Of a stretch of DNA of 64,000 bases, positions 26,499 through 40,127 are shown piece after piece. This stretch comes from Octopus vulgaris (Eukaryota): assembly GCA_951406725.2 (NCBI GenBank), contig OX597829.1, positions 22,382,001-22,446,000 of the forward strand, read 5' to 3'. Below the pieces are notes generated by a model. That model ran no database searches, had not been told where the DNA came from, and saw only the letters and a list, made by a program, of their open reading frames with translations. The position numbers and the translations under genes were made by a program. Within the stretch, counting starts at the first letter, position 1, and each line of letters opens with the position of its first letter.

Positions 26499-27698
26499 TA
26501 CTTTGATTTAGAATTGTACCTTCAGTTTTCTTCATTTAATTTTCAATCTGTACAGTATGATATAATTTAAGAATTCTAAGTGGGTTTAATAAATACCAAA
26601 CAGACCCGAATTTAGAAATGTATTAATTTGAATCTGGTAAATGCAATTTAGCTCTTTACTTTTAATAGTTTTATATTTTAAGTATATATTTATGCTAACA
26701 GAAAAACCAGTGGTCCCAAGTCTGCTGGATATTTGATCTGGTACTGTAATAGAAAAAAATTTACTGGAAAAAGGGTATGGAATGGACAAGGGGTGAGGGA
26801 CTGTAAAAAGAAATTTTAGTTTTTTGAATGAAAAATTCTTCCCTGCTCTTTTCTTTCTCCATGAGGTAGTGACAGCTATTTTAGAAGTTCACTAACCATT
26901 TACTTAGAGACCAGTATAATAGTAAGAATTTACCCATAAAAATGAAAATGGTGTTAGGACTATATTTTGAACATATGACCAGTGTGTTTGGTCATTCAGC
27001 ATCTTGAGCTCGCAGCCATTTGTACCAAAGTAGTGATGCAAAAGGGCCATATAGGCTACAAATGGTCCCCAACAGTCCATAAATGCTCCATACATAAGAG
27101 TTATAAAAACGGGGAAAAAAGGATGCGCATTGACCTACAATGTTTTCTGCTATTTAGATGTATTTTTGTTTTACCTTCCTGTTATGGCTGATGACATTTT
27201 TTCTTCTATCCGTTAAGTGGGGGATGAGGGTAGGATGCATGGGAGTGCTAGGTTACAGCAACTAAGTTTTTTAGTGAAAGGTAAAAACAGCCAAAACAAG
27301 TCTAAAATAATAAACTTTTAACTTAATGATTTCAAATTTTTGCCACAAGGGCAGCTTGGGGGAGGAGATTAAGTCGATTACATTGACCTCCAGTGCATAA
27401 CTGGTACTTATTTTTATCGACCCTAAAAAGATGAAAGGCAAAGCCGACTTCAGCGAAATTTGAACTCAGAATGTTAAGATGGGCAAAATGCCACTAAGCA
27501 TATTGCCTAGCTTGCTAACGATTCTGCCAGCTCATTACCTTAATAATATCAATAATAATAATAATGATGTTTGGAATACTGTTGACCAGAGGTCTATTCA
27601 GTCAGGACCAGTTTAGTACTAAATAACAATAAAATGTAATGAAGAAGCTTCTATGGGGTTACTGTGCTAGAAATAGCTATTAGAAATAACAACCAGAT

Positions 27699-28536
27699 CT
27701 GTGCTGGTATGGTCATGTGGTGAGAATGGATGAGGATAGCTGTGTGAAAAAGTGCTACACCCTAACCGTTGAGGGAACCTGTGGAAGAGGTAGACCCAGG
27801 AAGACCTGAGATGAAGTGGTGAATCACGACCTTTGAACATTAGGCCTCACCAAGGAAATGACTAGAGACTGAGACCGTTGGAAATATGCTGTGCTTGAGA
27901 AGACCCGGCAAGCCAGATGAAACCATAACCCGTGGCCTATGCCAGGAGCATAACCAGCCCGCTTATGCGTAGCTTTTCCTTCTTTGGTCACTAAACTTTG
28001 TATGCGAAGACCTGTCGAGGCAAATGAAATCAAATCAAAATCAAATTCACTTAGATGACTGGCATCCATGCTAGCGGGGTGCAAAGAGCACCATACGAGT
28101 GTGATCATTGACAGAGCGGCTTTTCGAGTATGATCGTTACCAGCGTCACTTTACTGTGCTAGTAGGGTGCGAAGAACACCATTCGAGTGTGATCATTGCC
28201 AGAGCAGCTAACTGGCTTCCGAACCTGTGGCATGTAAAAGGGCACCATTTGAGCGTAATCGTTACCAACGTCGCTTCACTGGCACCTATGCCGGTGGGCA
28301 CGTGTAAAAAGATTCGAGCGAGATCATTGCCAGTGCTGCCTGACTGGCCCCCGTGCAGGTGGCACGTAAAAAGCACCCACTACACTCTCGGAGTGGTTGG
28401 CGATAGGAAGGGCATCCAGCTGTAGAAACTCTGCCAGATCAAGACTGGAACCTGGTGCAGCCATCTGGTTGCCAGCCCTCAGTCAAAACCGTCCAACCCA
28501 TGCTAGCATGGAAAACGGACGTTAAATGATGATGAT
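27699..28536 (+). mobile_element. 5'-truncated RTE-clade LINE (ORF C-terminus, repetitive 3'UTR, (GAT)n tail)
   Basis: 27699-27920 translates as LCWYGHVVRMDEDSCVKKCYTLTVEGTCGRGRPRKT*DEVV..DL....DRWK, the RTE C-terminal WxGHVxRM...GRPRKxW motif with stops. 3'UTR has gtggcacgtaaaaagcacc subrepeats and ends ggacgttaaatgatgatgat. Confidence 0.88.
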
Positions 28537-29200
28537 CTCCTTCAAATTATACTCTATAATCTTAAAGAAAGGAAGGACACATTAGATAATGAATGATACA
28601 GGATGGACATGGTGAGAACACTTTTGATCAGCTCAATAAAAACAACAACCATAACAATTACAAATGCAATTTCTACTTCTAGACAATTTATATTTAATGT
28701 CAATGATAATAAATATTTCAGTACAAATAAAATAAATAAATAAAATTAAAACAACTGAAATAAATTCTAATATTATAAAGTCTTATTGTGGGTCAAATAA
28801 TAATGTAAACACATTTTTACAGTATTGTATAGAAGTGGGAGGAACTCTTTTGATGGACCATTTGATGGTCCATTGATTGGAGATCTACTTTGCTTCCTTA
28901 TGCAACCAAGAGCATAAATCATCAGCATATGAAGTAGTCATGCATTAAGCTAGCATCATAGTGGATAACCTAATTTGCCTTTTTGTAGCTTATCATTAAT
29001 TAAAAGAAAATCTATTAAAATTGGTCATATGATCGTATTGAAATTACACGCAGAAGAAAAAAAACATTAATTAATTAATTAGAGATAAAATGTTAGGTCC
29101 CTGTGGCTTATGCAGTTCAGCAAAACAAACTAATGAAATAAGAAATAGGCTTATAAAGAATAAATCCTGGGATCAACTTCTTCAACTATAAACTCTTTAG

Positions 29201-29397
29201 TCCTTTAGCATTTAAACTGGCCATATCCGGCCCTGATATGCTACCTGTTTTATGTTCAAACTGGCCAGATCCAGCCTCTCACACCCACCCTACAATATCA
29301 TTCTAAAAATATACAATCACATCATCAAAATTTTGAAGCTAAAACAATGTGAATGAAAAAGTATTACATTTGACAGAATAATCCAAATGCTAAAGGG
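29201..29397. mobile_element. piggyBac-like MITE nested in a SINE
   Basis: ttag|tcctttagcattt ... aaatgctaaaggg|ttaa. TIRs with a TTAA site (left copy degenerate); interrupts a family A SINE 3' half. A related end fragment lies at about 21838-21885. Confidence 0.7.
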
Positions 29398-29476
29398 TTA
29401 ATGCAGTGCTCCAGCATGGCTGCAGTCAAATGACTGAAACAAGCAAAAGAATAAAAGAATAATTGATTAGTCTTAC

Positions 29477-29731
29477 CTTTCATACAATGTTTCCCTGTCC
29501 AGCCTTCCAAACAAATTTTGTCCCCATTTTCATTACAGGTATTGTGCCCAAAAGAATCATTCCTGGGCCGACAGTACTTTTTGCAAGTTTTATTATAATA
29601 ATTTTTATCACAGAGGACCCGTATCCTATATTCAATGCTGGCAATAGTTCCTTTATGCGATAGTGTTTGCCAGGTTGGATCTGGTGATCTTTCACCACGA
29701 TGGGTAAATATTTCAATCAAGCTATCACTAC
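29477..29731 (-). CDS. JAG1: Serrate/Jagged-like Notch ligand, DSL-domain exon (equivalent to JAG1 exon 4)
   Basis: Inside ORF 29364..29753. Acceptor tttctgtttgcag|GT, donor AAAG|gtaaga; 255 nt, phase 1-1. Encodes GSDSLIEIFTHRGERSPDPTWQTLSHKGTIASIEYRIRVLCDKNYYNKTCKKYCRPRNDSFGHNTCNENGDKICLEGWTGKHCMK, with full DSL cysteine spacing and the CRPRxDxFGH motif. Confidence 0.97.
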
Positions 29732-30011
29732 CTGCAAACAGAAAGTAAATCAAGATTAGTGATCATATAACTATTGGTATTGTAGTACAGTGTCACAAGT
29801 TTTTTTTTAAGGGAAGGTCAAGTCAATTTTATCAACCCTACAACTCAACTGGTACTCATTTTATTGGTTTCAAATTTTGGCACAAGGCCAGCAATTTCTG
29901 AGGATTGTTTACTCCAGCAGAACCTAATCTCAGAATGTAAAGATGGATGAAATGCTGCTAAGCATTATAGCTGGCATGGTAACAATTCTGCCAGCATGCT
30001 GCCTTAGCTTA

Positions 30012-30066
<55 letters not shown>

Positions 30067-30495
30067 TTAATAATAATCTTTTTTATCATAGGCACAAGGC
30101 CTGAAATTTGGGAGGAAGGGGCCAGTAGATTACATCGACCCAAGTACTCAACTGGTACTTAATTTATCGACCCAAAAGGATGAAAGGTAAAGTCGACCTC
30201 GATGGAATTTGAACTCAGAACCTAGTGACGGGTGAAAAACTGCTAAGCATTTCATCCAGTGTGCTAACAATTCTGCCAGCTCGCTGCCTTACCTCAAATA
30301 ATAATAATAATAATAATAATAAAAATAATAATAATATTAATAATTATGTATTAGACATTCACTAGTACAACACCAAAAAAAAAAAAAAAAAAAAACCCAA
30401 ATATATGGCACAGAACTTCCAACCTGTTGTCTCTTGAGGTCTCTGGGTGAGACTTGGAGCCAACTTGTACAGACATAAAGCAAAAGTCAAACATA

Positions 30496-30541
<46 letters not shown>

Positions 30542-31575
30542 CTTTTCTACTCTAGGCACAAGGCTCAAAGTTTTTGGGGAGGGTGCCAGTTAATTAGATC
30601 GACCCCAGTATGCAACTGGTACTTAATTTATTGACCCCGAAAGGATGAAAGGCAAAGCTGATCTCGGTGGAATTTGAACTCAGAATGTAAAGATAGATGA
30701 AATACTGCTAAGCATTTCACCTGGCATGCTAACAATCCTGCCAGCTTGCCACCTTACTTTAAATAATAAAAATAATAACAACAACAATTTCTTTATTAAC
30801 CACAAAGGGTTTACATTAAGGAAAAACATAATGGACAGTACAGTATAAAACAAAAATGTGTCTGTATGTGTAAGGGTTTTATGCGTAAACAAAGATTAAC
30901 ATAATGAAGAAGGAAAAAAAAACAATATGAAATCCTCAATAGGGAGATGTTTGAGTGCCGTTCATGGAAAAACCCCATAAAAATCATGGGCAGAGTTTCT
31001 ACAGTTTGATGCCCTTCCTAACGCCAACCACTCCGTGAGTGTAGTGGGTGCTTTTACGTGCCACTGGCACGAAGACCAGTCATGCGGTACTGACAACGGC
31101 CACACTCAAATGGTGTTTTTTATGTGCCACCTGCACAGGAGCCAGTCCAGCGGCACTGGCAACGACCTCGCTTGAATGCTTTTTTACATGTGCCACTGGT
31201 AACGCAGTCAACGCTGGTAACAATCACGGTTGAATGATGCTTTTTACGTGCCACTGCCACGGACGCCTGTCAGCTGCTCTGGCAACGAGCACAGCACTTG
31301 CCTTGTACCTACAGTAGAAAAGAATAATAATCTTTTCTACTGGAGACACAAGGACTGAAAATTTGGAGGGAGGGGACAAGTTGATTACATTGACCCCCCA
31401 GTGTCAATCCTGAAAGGAAGAAAGACAAAGATGACCTTGGAGGAATTTGAACTCAGAACGTAGTAATGGGCGAAATATTGCTAAGCATTTCATCCATTGT
31501 GCTAATGATTCTGCCAACTCGCTGCCTAATTAATGATAATAACAATAATGATAATAATAATCCTTTCTACTATAT

Positions 31576-31984
31576 AGGCGCAGGAGTGGCTGTGTGGTGA
31601 GTAGCTTGCTAACCAGCCACATGGTTGCGGGTTCAGTCCCACTGCGTGGCACCTTGGGGAAGTGTCTTCTGCTATAGCCCTGGGCCGACCAATGCCTTGT
31701 GAGTGGATTTGGTAGACGGAAACTGAAAGAAGCCTGTCGTATATATGTATATATATATATATGTGTGTGTGTGTTTGTGTGTCTGTGTTTATCCCCCTAG
31801 CATTGCTTGACAACCGATGCTGGTATGTTTACCTCCCCGTCACTTAGCAGTTCAGCAAAAGAGACCGATAGAATAAGTACTGGGCTTACAAAGAATAAGT
31901 CCCGGGGTCGATTTGTTCAACTAAAGGCCGTGCTCCAGCATGGCTGCAGTTAAATGACTGAAACAAGTAAAAGAGTAAAAGAGT
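31576..31984 (+). mobile_element. SINE family A copy nested in a family B SINE
   Basis: Full copy with tataggc at both junctions; splits the minus-strand family B tail (cctttctacta / taggcacaaggcctgaa). Confidence 0.85.
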
Positions 31985-32220
31985 ATAGGCACAAGGCCTG
32001 AAATTTTGAAGGAGAGAGTTAAGTTGATTACATCAACCCCAGTACTCAACTGGTACTTTACTTTATCGAAAGGATGAAAGGCAAAGTTGATCTCAATGGA
32101 ATTTGAACTCAGAACGTAAAGATGGACAAAATGCTGCTAAGCATTTTGCCTGGCATGCTAACGATTCTACCAGCTTGCCATCTAATAACAACAACAACAA
32201 CAATAATAATAATGATGATG

Positions 32221-32278
<58 letters not shown>

Positions 32279-33159
32279 TAATAATAATTCCTTTTATTAG
32301 CTACAAGGGCATAGAGAAGGGATACATTAGAAGGGCGGTCAACAATTTGTGTGGCAATTTACTTAAAGGATGGGTAGAAAGAAATGGTAAAGACTGGGAA
32401 ATGTGATAAAAGTAGTATGCATAATACAAAGTATATGATAACATGAATAATGCAGTCATCCTGGTACAGGAGAAACTCCAGCTAGGGCCAATCAAATGAA
32501 CTCCACAGATCCAAGATTACCCTGACTACCAAAATGATGAGCCATCTCCCAACTGTTGCTTTTCAATCTATAGGTGAATACTTTAGAGCAGCGTTTCTCA
32601 ACCAGGGTACCCCGAGAAAGAGTGAGATAAGCTAATGCTAATTTCATGATTGTAATATTACTATACATGCACAACATATTGGTTATTATAATATAAACAT
32701 CATCCTATCTAACCTATTATGTTATCAAAAAAATTGGCACAGGAGTGGCTGTGTGGTAAGTAGCTTGCTTAACAACCACATGGTTCCGAATTCATTCCCA
32801 CTGCATGGCACCTTGGGCAAGTGTCTTTTACTATAGCCTAGGGCCGACCAAAGCCTTGTGAGTGGATTTGGCAGAAGGAAACTGAAAGAAGCCCGTCGTA
32901 TATATCTATATATATATACATCTGTGTGTATGTGTGTGAGTATATGTTTGTGTCTGTGTTTGTCCCCAACAACATGACTTGAAAACCAATGGCGGTGTAT
33001 TTACATCCCTGTAACTTAGTGGTTCGGCAAAAGATACTAATAGAATAAGTACTAGGCTTCCATAGAATAAGTCCTGGGGTTGATTTGCTCAACTAAAGGT
33101 GGTGCTCCAGCATGGTCACAGTCAAATGACTGAAACAAGTGAAAGAGAAAGAGAAAACC

Positions 33160-33204
<45 letters not shown>

Positions 33205-33579
33205 TTTATCACATGAACTTTGATGAAAAAATATGAGAAAGATAAGGTGTATAATTTTTTTTTATGCAGGGGTTTCTTGAGACGTAATTTATTTTAAGGG
33301 TTATACAGCGGTAAAAAAGGTTGGCCTTTCATCCAAGCCATTTTGTGCCAGTAACCCATCTTTCCACAAAATTCCCTGTGAGGAAGCACTTCCCACTTCC
33401 CTCTCCACCCTCATTTTCCTTTCCAAGTGGAGCAATGATTTAGTTACAGGTTTTTAGTTCTAAAATTTACATTGTATCAAATGACAGAAAAGTGGTTTCA
33501 TCTTTCAAGGTCATTAGGTGACCCCTATACAGTGAACAGATTTTTTTACAACTTGGTAAAACCACCAATCTCCCTCTCA

Positions 33580-33611
<32 letters not shown>

Positions 33612-34174
33612 TACACACAGTATAAAGATTGATATTTACAACATCTTGCTAGAATCTAGATATGTTTCTAAAATTATCTGCTACGTCAATAAGCTGGTGG
33701 CAAGACTACTTCAGGTTCAACGATCTCTCAAAGAATGGTATAAGCAAGGCAGGAGAAAAAGCAAAGTGTTTCACATCTCATGAAATAAAGTCGAACAATT
33801 AAATGTTATTCAGTTCTTAATTACTGTCATTATAATAACAATAATTAACACTAATTAGAGTAAAAGCAATGCTGGAAAGAAAACTAAATGCTAAACACTA
33901 ACGACTTCGCACTCTTCTGAATTTACGTAAAGGCAATTGCTTCAACAGTATGTATGTGTGTGTGTACACATATATGTATGTATGTACGTATGTAAATGTG
34001 TGCGTGTAAAAGGGTATATATGAAGAGTTATGTAAATTAAAACTGGGAAACTTAATCCATTAGACACATGCATGATTTTAAAAAGTGTAACTGGTTAAGT
34101 GTAACAATCTCGATATAAATAAATTTTCTTATACACATTGCACAACTTCAATGTGTAGATTAGTAATGATATAT

Positions 34175-34850
34175 CATCATCATCATCATCATCATCATCA
34201 CTTAACATCTGTATTCCATGCTAGCATGGGTTGGACGATTTGAGTGAGGACTGGCAAGCCAGATGGCTGCACCAGTCTCCAATCTTGATCGGGCAGAGTT
34301 TCTACAGTTTGATGCCCTTCCTAACGCCAACCACTCTGTGAGTGTAGTGGGTGCTTTTACGTGTCACTGGCACGAAGACCAGTCATGCGGTACTGACAAC
34401 GGCCACACTCAAATGGTGTTTTTTATGTGCCACCTGCACAGGAGCCAGTCCAGCGGCACTGGCAACAACCTCACTTGAATGCTTTTTTACATGTGCCACT
34501 GGCACAAGTGCCTGTCAGGCGACGCTGGTAACAATCACGGTTGAATGATGCTTTTTACGTGCCACTGCCACGGAAGCCTGTCAGCTGCTCTGGCAACGAT
34601 CACATTCGGATGGTGCTCTTAGCGCTACACTTGCACAGATGCCAGTCATCAAATTTGATTTCGATTTCACTTGCTCAACAGGTCTTCACAAGCAGAGTTT
34701 AGTGTCCAATGAAGGAAAGGTACGCATAAGTGGTCTGGTTACATCCTGGTATAGGCCAGAAGGTTATGGTGTCACTTGGCTTGCCAAGTCTTTTCAAGCA
34801 CAGTATATTTCCAAAGGTCTTGGTCACTAGTAATTGCCTCGGTGAGGCCT
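34175..34850 (-). mobile_element. RTE LINE 3' end (same family as 27699)
   Basis: (CAT)n followed by the reverse complement of the same 3'UTR and last ORF codons. Shorter copies at about 1270-1560, 22713-23016, 30988-31290, 39924-40078, 42611-42868, 47950-48290, 51405-51600, 59150-59535. Confidence 0.85.
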
Positions 34851-34866
34851 ACACACACACACTCAG

Positions 34867-35075
34867 ATTATTCTTAAACAAGAATGTTGTTGATAGTGAC
34901 TTGAAAGTTTTGGTCAACTAAGCCATCGCTGGAGTTCAACAGTGGCTTCTTAGCTGGTCAAAACTTCAAAGTCATAATCAGCAACATTCTTGTTTAACAA
35001 TAATACATTTACTGTTGTATTTAGGAATGGTCATTTTGCCAGTTTAGCCAATAAAAACCATTCCTAAATACAACA
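34867..35075. repeat. Two adjacent imperfect foldback hairpins (MITE-like)
   Basis: attattcttaaacaagaatgttg...caacattcttgtttaacaataat (34867-35004) and ttgtatttaggaatggt...accattcctaaatacaa (about 35015-35075). A diverged single arm of the first recurs near 46090. Confidence 0.75.
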
Positions 35076-38000
35076 ATATCTGTTTCAACACACGATTTCA
35101 CATAAAAAATCTTGCACAACAAATATATAAGCGTAGTAATAAATTTGTACTTTACAAAAGAATAGAGTAACCAATCAGATTTAACGTAAAATTGTTTTTA
35201 TTATAACAAAACATAAAACTAAACATTAATCATCATCATCATTCAACGTCCGTTGCCCATGCTGGCGTGACCAGAGCTGGCAAGCTGGAGGGGTTGCTGT
35301 ACCAGACTCTAGTCTGATTTGGCATGGTTCCTACAGCTGGATGCCCTTCCTAACATCAACCACTTTACAGAATCTACTGAATGCTTTTAAATGGCGCCAC
35401 CATGGAATATTTACATGACCAGCAGGATCAGTCTTAACATGTATTAAAGTCATACTCCATGTTGGTGTGGGTTGGATGGTTTGACAGGATCCAGTGGAAC
35501 CAAGGACTACATCATGCTCCAGTGTCAACTTTTGACATGGTTTCTACAGCCAAGTGCCCTTCATGTTACATTATGTACTGTGCCATTTTTTATACCACCA
35601 GCACTTGTGAGATCACTATGTACTTGTAAGACTACAACCCACTCTAAAGAGCCAAGTAGGTGCATTTTATCATGGGACTAGCATTAATGCCACAGGCCAA
35701 TGGTTCAATTCCACTGATTGACATGTTGGGCTGATGTGATTTTTTTTTTCTTTCTTTCTATAGTCTCACGTCAACCCATGTGAGTAAAACTGGGTAGACA
35801 GAAACTGTAAAGATTTCTGTCGGAAGGATTGTATCTGTACAGCCTTGTTGTTAACGCTACACTATGTCATGCTAATTCTGCAAGAGAATTATATTCCGTA
35901 TATTCCAGGTATTTATGTTTGTGTAATACTCAACCACTTGCACACTGATTCAGCAGCAGATAATTCAGTTGAATGAACAATTGAATTCACATAGTCAAAA
36001 ACTAACGGAGAGCCAAGAATGCACAATATATATATATATATTGTGGCCGTGAGCTGGCAGAAACGTTAGCATGTCAGGCGAAATGCTTAGCGGTATTTAG
36101 CCTGCACTCAGGCTAAATACCGCTAAGCATTTCGCCTGCCGTTACGTTCTGAGTTCAAATTCCGCTGAGGTCGACTTTGCCTTTCATCCTTTCGGGGTCG
36201 ATAAATAAAGTACCAGTTACGCACTGGGGTCGATGTAATCGATTTAATCCCTTTGTCTGTGCTTGTTTGTCCCCTCTGTGTTTAGCCCCTTGTGGGTAAT
36301 GAAGAAATATATATATATATTGTGGCTGTGTGGTAAGAAGTTTGCTTCCTAACCACATGGTTCTAGATTCAGTCCCACTGCATGGCACCTTGGGCAAGTG
36401 TCTTCTACTATAGCCTCGGGCCAACCAAAGTGTTGTGAGTGGATTTGGTAGACGGAAACTGAAAGAAGCCCATTGTGTGTATGTATGTGTGTGTGCATGT
36501 GTATTATACACTCGCTTAAAAGCTGCGCGATAGGGTGGTTTCTAAGCTAGCTCCTGTGGAGGGCTCTGCTTTGGGCCTTGAGCCCAACAAAAACACTTCA
36601 TGCATTGAGTACATATATCAAATTTTATAAATTTGACCAATATTTTTCAAGCAATGAACAATTTTCATCAAAACAATGATGGAACCTATTGCAAAGCTGC
36701 AGGATAAACATTTTTTGTCTTCCCATTTAGGGGTCAGTACAATTTCTTTTCTGTCTAACCTTTTTCTTTCTCTCTCTCTCTCTCTTTCTGTTGATTGTTT
36801 TCAACCACCACCATCAATACCTTTGACTTTGCCGCCTTCCCCTCCACCACCATCACCACTGTCTTTCACATTGCTTACTATCATCACCATCCTTGACTGC
36901 CTAGGCTACCACCACCACCACCACCACCACCACCACCATCACCATCACCATCACAACTACAGCTCATACTATTACTATCACAGCCGTGAATCTACTACTA
37001 TCTCTATACCTACTATTACTCTCACCCCAGCAGGAGAAATAGTAGAGGTGTCATTGAATAGTGAGATTTGGGGTCAAAGTGCAACACGCAGAAATTCGTT
37101 TTGGCACTTATTAATATAGATGTATGAATGTATTCACGCACACATACGCATGCATGCACACACACACACACACACACACACATGGCCCTCCATCAATTTT
37201 GACAATATGAAATAATATTCCAATTTATCAATTGTGAAATACAACTACATAAACCTGAAGATTGCAGAAAGCATGACAGTACTTGTATAATCATAAAAAG
37301 TAAAACATACAAAAAATAAATGTGAAACTCAGACTTGTTGGAATTTCATTGACTAACATATTTATCTGCACACAATCATACAAACTCTGATATGTGTGTG
37401 TGCGTGTTTATTTGTATGTATATATATATATTTATACATCAAATCATTATTTTACTATGTACATTTCATTCCCATGTTTGCCTTGGCCAAACAAGACTCT
37501 GATGAGGCAGACTTTCTTCTACGGCTACATGTTCTTCCAGTCATTAACCCTCACATGTGTTCAAGCAAAGTAATACTTTTCAACAGTCTCTCAAATGAGT
37601 AGACCAGTCAACCGCTCTCGGATAATTGCAAACAACAAGGCTTTTTGTGAACAGTGATTCTTTGTTTACAGTCAGTGAGTTCATGCCAACACACATGCAC
37701 ACACATTCAACAGGCTTCTTCCAGTTTCCATCTATCTATCTGTGTGTGTGTGTATTATATATAAAGTTATAAATAACAAGAGTAATATAAGAATTTCCAA
37801 TGATTAAACAAATTATTTTATCATGCTATTATTCTCTTGTTATTTATTATTTTATACACTCCTTATCGTTTTCTCTTGTATCATACTATATATTCTATAT
37901 GTTTTGTAGAATCATACATTAAGGGGCTTAGTTTTTTTACGAGTACTACAGGATCACTTGATTCCATGTATTAAAAGTAGTTAAGTTAATGTCTGGTCAT

Positions 38001-38126
38001 AGAGTGACCAATAGTTTTGCATTTACAAAGGCCTTAGCCTCATGGCTGTCTTGTCAGACTCTAAAGCTGAACACAAATGTAATTCTTCACCTCTGGGAGG
38101 CAGGAATACATTAGTCATTTGTATGC

Positions 38127-38173
<47 letters not shown>

Positions 38174-38184
38174 TATGTATATAT

Positions 38185-38237
<53 letters not shown>

Positions 38238-38424
38238 TATACATGTATGCATATATATATATACATATATATGTATATATACATGTATACATATATATAC
38301 ACACATATATAAACATGCATACATCATCATCATCATTTGCATACATACATATATATATACATGTATACATATATATATATATATATATACACATATATAA
38401 ACATGCATACATCATCATCATTTT

Positions 38425-38478
<54 letters not shown>

Positions 38479-39291
38479 TATACATATATATTTATATGCA
38501 TGTATATGTATATGTATATATATATATACATGCATACATATATACATATATACATATACTAATACATATACATGCATACATATATATACATGCATATATA
38601 TACATATATATATATACATTGAATGTGTGGTTGATAATGTTTACAATATATTTATTTATACACAAATACATATAAACATACACATAAACATATATATGTA
38701 CAAACATGCACACATATAAATTTATAGGTATCACATACATTCAGATATATCAATACCTAGAATAGGCTCCTGAGAAATAAAAGATAGGTCGTCAGGTCTG
38801 CAGGTCTGTTATGGAGGAAAAGAAAGCCCCGTCTTTATTTAAAAATCTAGTACAACACTGAGTGGCCTTGACCTTATCACATGTGAATCGCTGGCCATGA
38901 CCTCAATATTTAAACACAAACAGGATGGCTGCCTTGTTGAGCTTTTAAGAAAGATGTACATGGAAATTCTATACTATGTAAACAATTTCAACCAGTGAGT
39001 ACACAAAAGGTGCAGCAGAATCTTTTGGCAGATTGTCAGAGAATCTGCACTTCATGATTTGAAGTACAGTTGAACTAGAAGTAGAGGAGATTGGTTGTTG
39101 CAACAAGTGGAGATATACGTTAAGATGGCAGCGAGTGTTGGTTTTTTTTTTTAACGGAGGAGTGATTGATAACTTGTTGACTTTTACAGATATCGAAAAG
39201 GGAGAAATAACAAAAATAAATAAATAAAACATTAAAAAACAATCTTGTGATAGTGAAAACATAATTGTGCACATGCCAATGTGTGTGTGTA

Positions 39292-39335
<44 letters not shown>

Positions 39336-39872
39336 AGTATGTGGATGGGTTTTTGTGAATGTGAGTATGCTTTTATTATTAATCAATAGAAGTTACAGAG
39401 TGACTCAAGAGCCAAGGGTGTCGTGTCCTGGCACTTATCAACGTACTACATGCACACACACGCATATATGCATGGAGTGGCTGTGTGGTAAGTAGCTTGT
39501 CTACCAACCACATGGTTCCGGGTTCAGTCCCACTGCGTGGCTCCTTGGGCAAGTGTCTTCTACTATAGCACCGGGCCAACCAAAACCTTGTGAGTGGATT
39601 TGGTAGACGGAAACTGAAAGAAGCCCGTCGTATATATGTATATATATATATGTGTGTGTGTGTTTGTGTGTCTGTGTTTGTCCCCCTAGCATTGCTTGAC
39701 AACTGATGCTGGTGTGTTTATGTCCCCGTTACTTAGCGGTTCGGCAAAAGAGACCGATAGAATAAGTATTGGACTTACAAAAGTATAAGTCCCAGTGTCG
39801 AGTTACTCGATTAAAAGGCGGTGCTCCAGCATGGCCCCAGTCAAATGACTGAAACAAGTAAAACAGTAAACA

Positions 39873-39926
<54 letters not shown>

Positions 39927-40075
39927 TCATCATCATCATCGTCGTTTAACGTCCGTTCTCCATGCTAGCATGGGTTGGACGGTTCGACCGGGGTTCTGGG
40001 AAGCCAGAAGGCTGCACCAGGCTCCAGTCTAATCTGGCAATGTTTCTACAGCTGGATGCCCTTCCTAACGCCAAC

Positions 40076-40117
<42 letters not shown>

Positions 40118-40127
40118 TTCTGTGAAG

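Noticed and set aside
28040-28380. Regularly spaced gtggcacgtaaaaagcacc-like repeats resembling a CRISPR array
   Set aside because: Diverged subrepeats of an RTE 3'UTR in eukaryotic DNA; spacers are related to each other and there are no cas genes.
29364-29753. Treating the 129-aa ORF as a complete single-exon gene
   Set aside because: Only 29477-29731 is bounded by splice sites; the flanks are a polypyrimidine tract and SINE/MITE sequence.
37250-37285. CTGAAGA-ttgca-GAAA hammerhead-like spacing (similar cases at 3-16, 16087 and 51742)
   Set aside because: No supporting stem I or III, or stem II too short; expected by chance.
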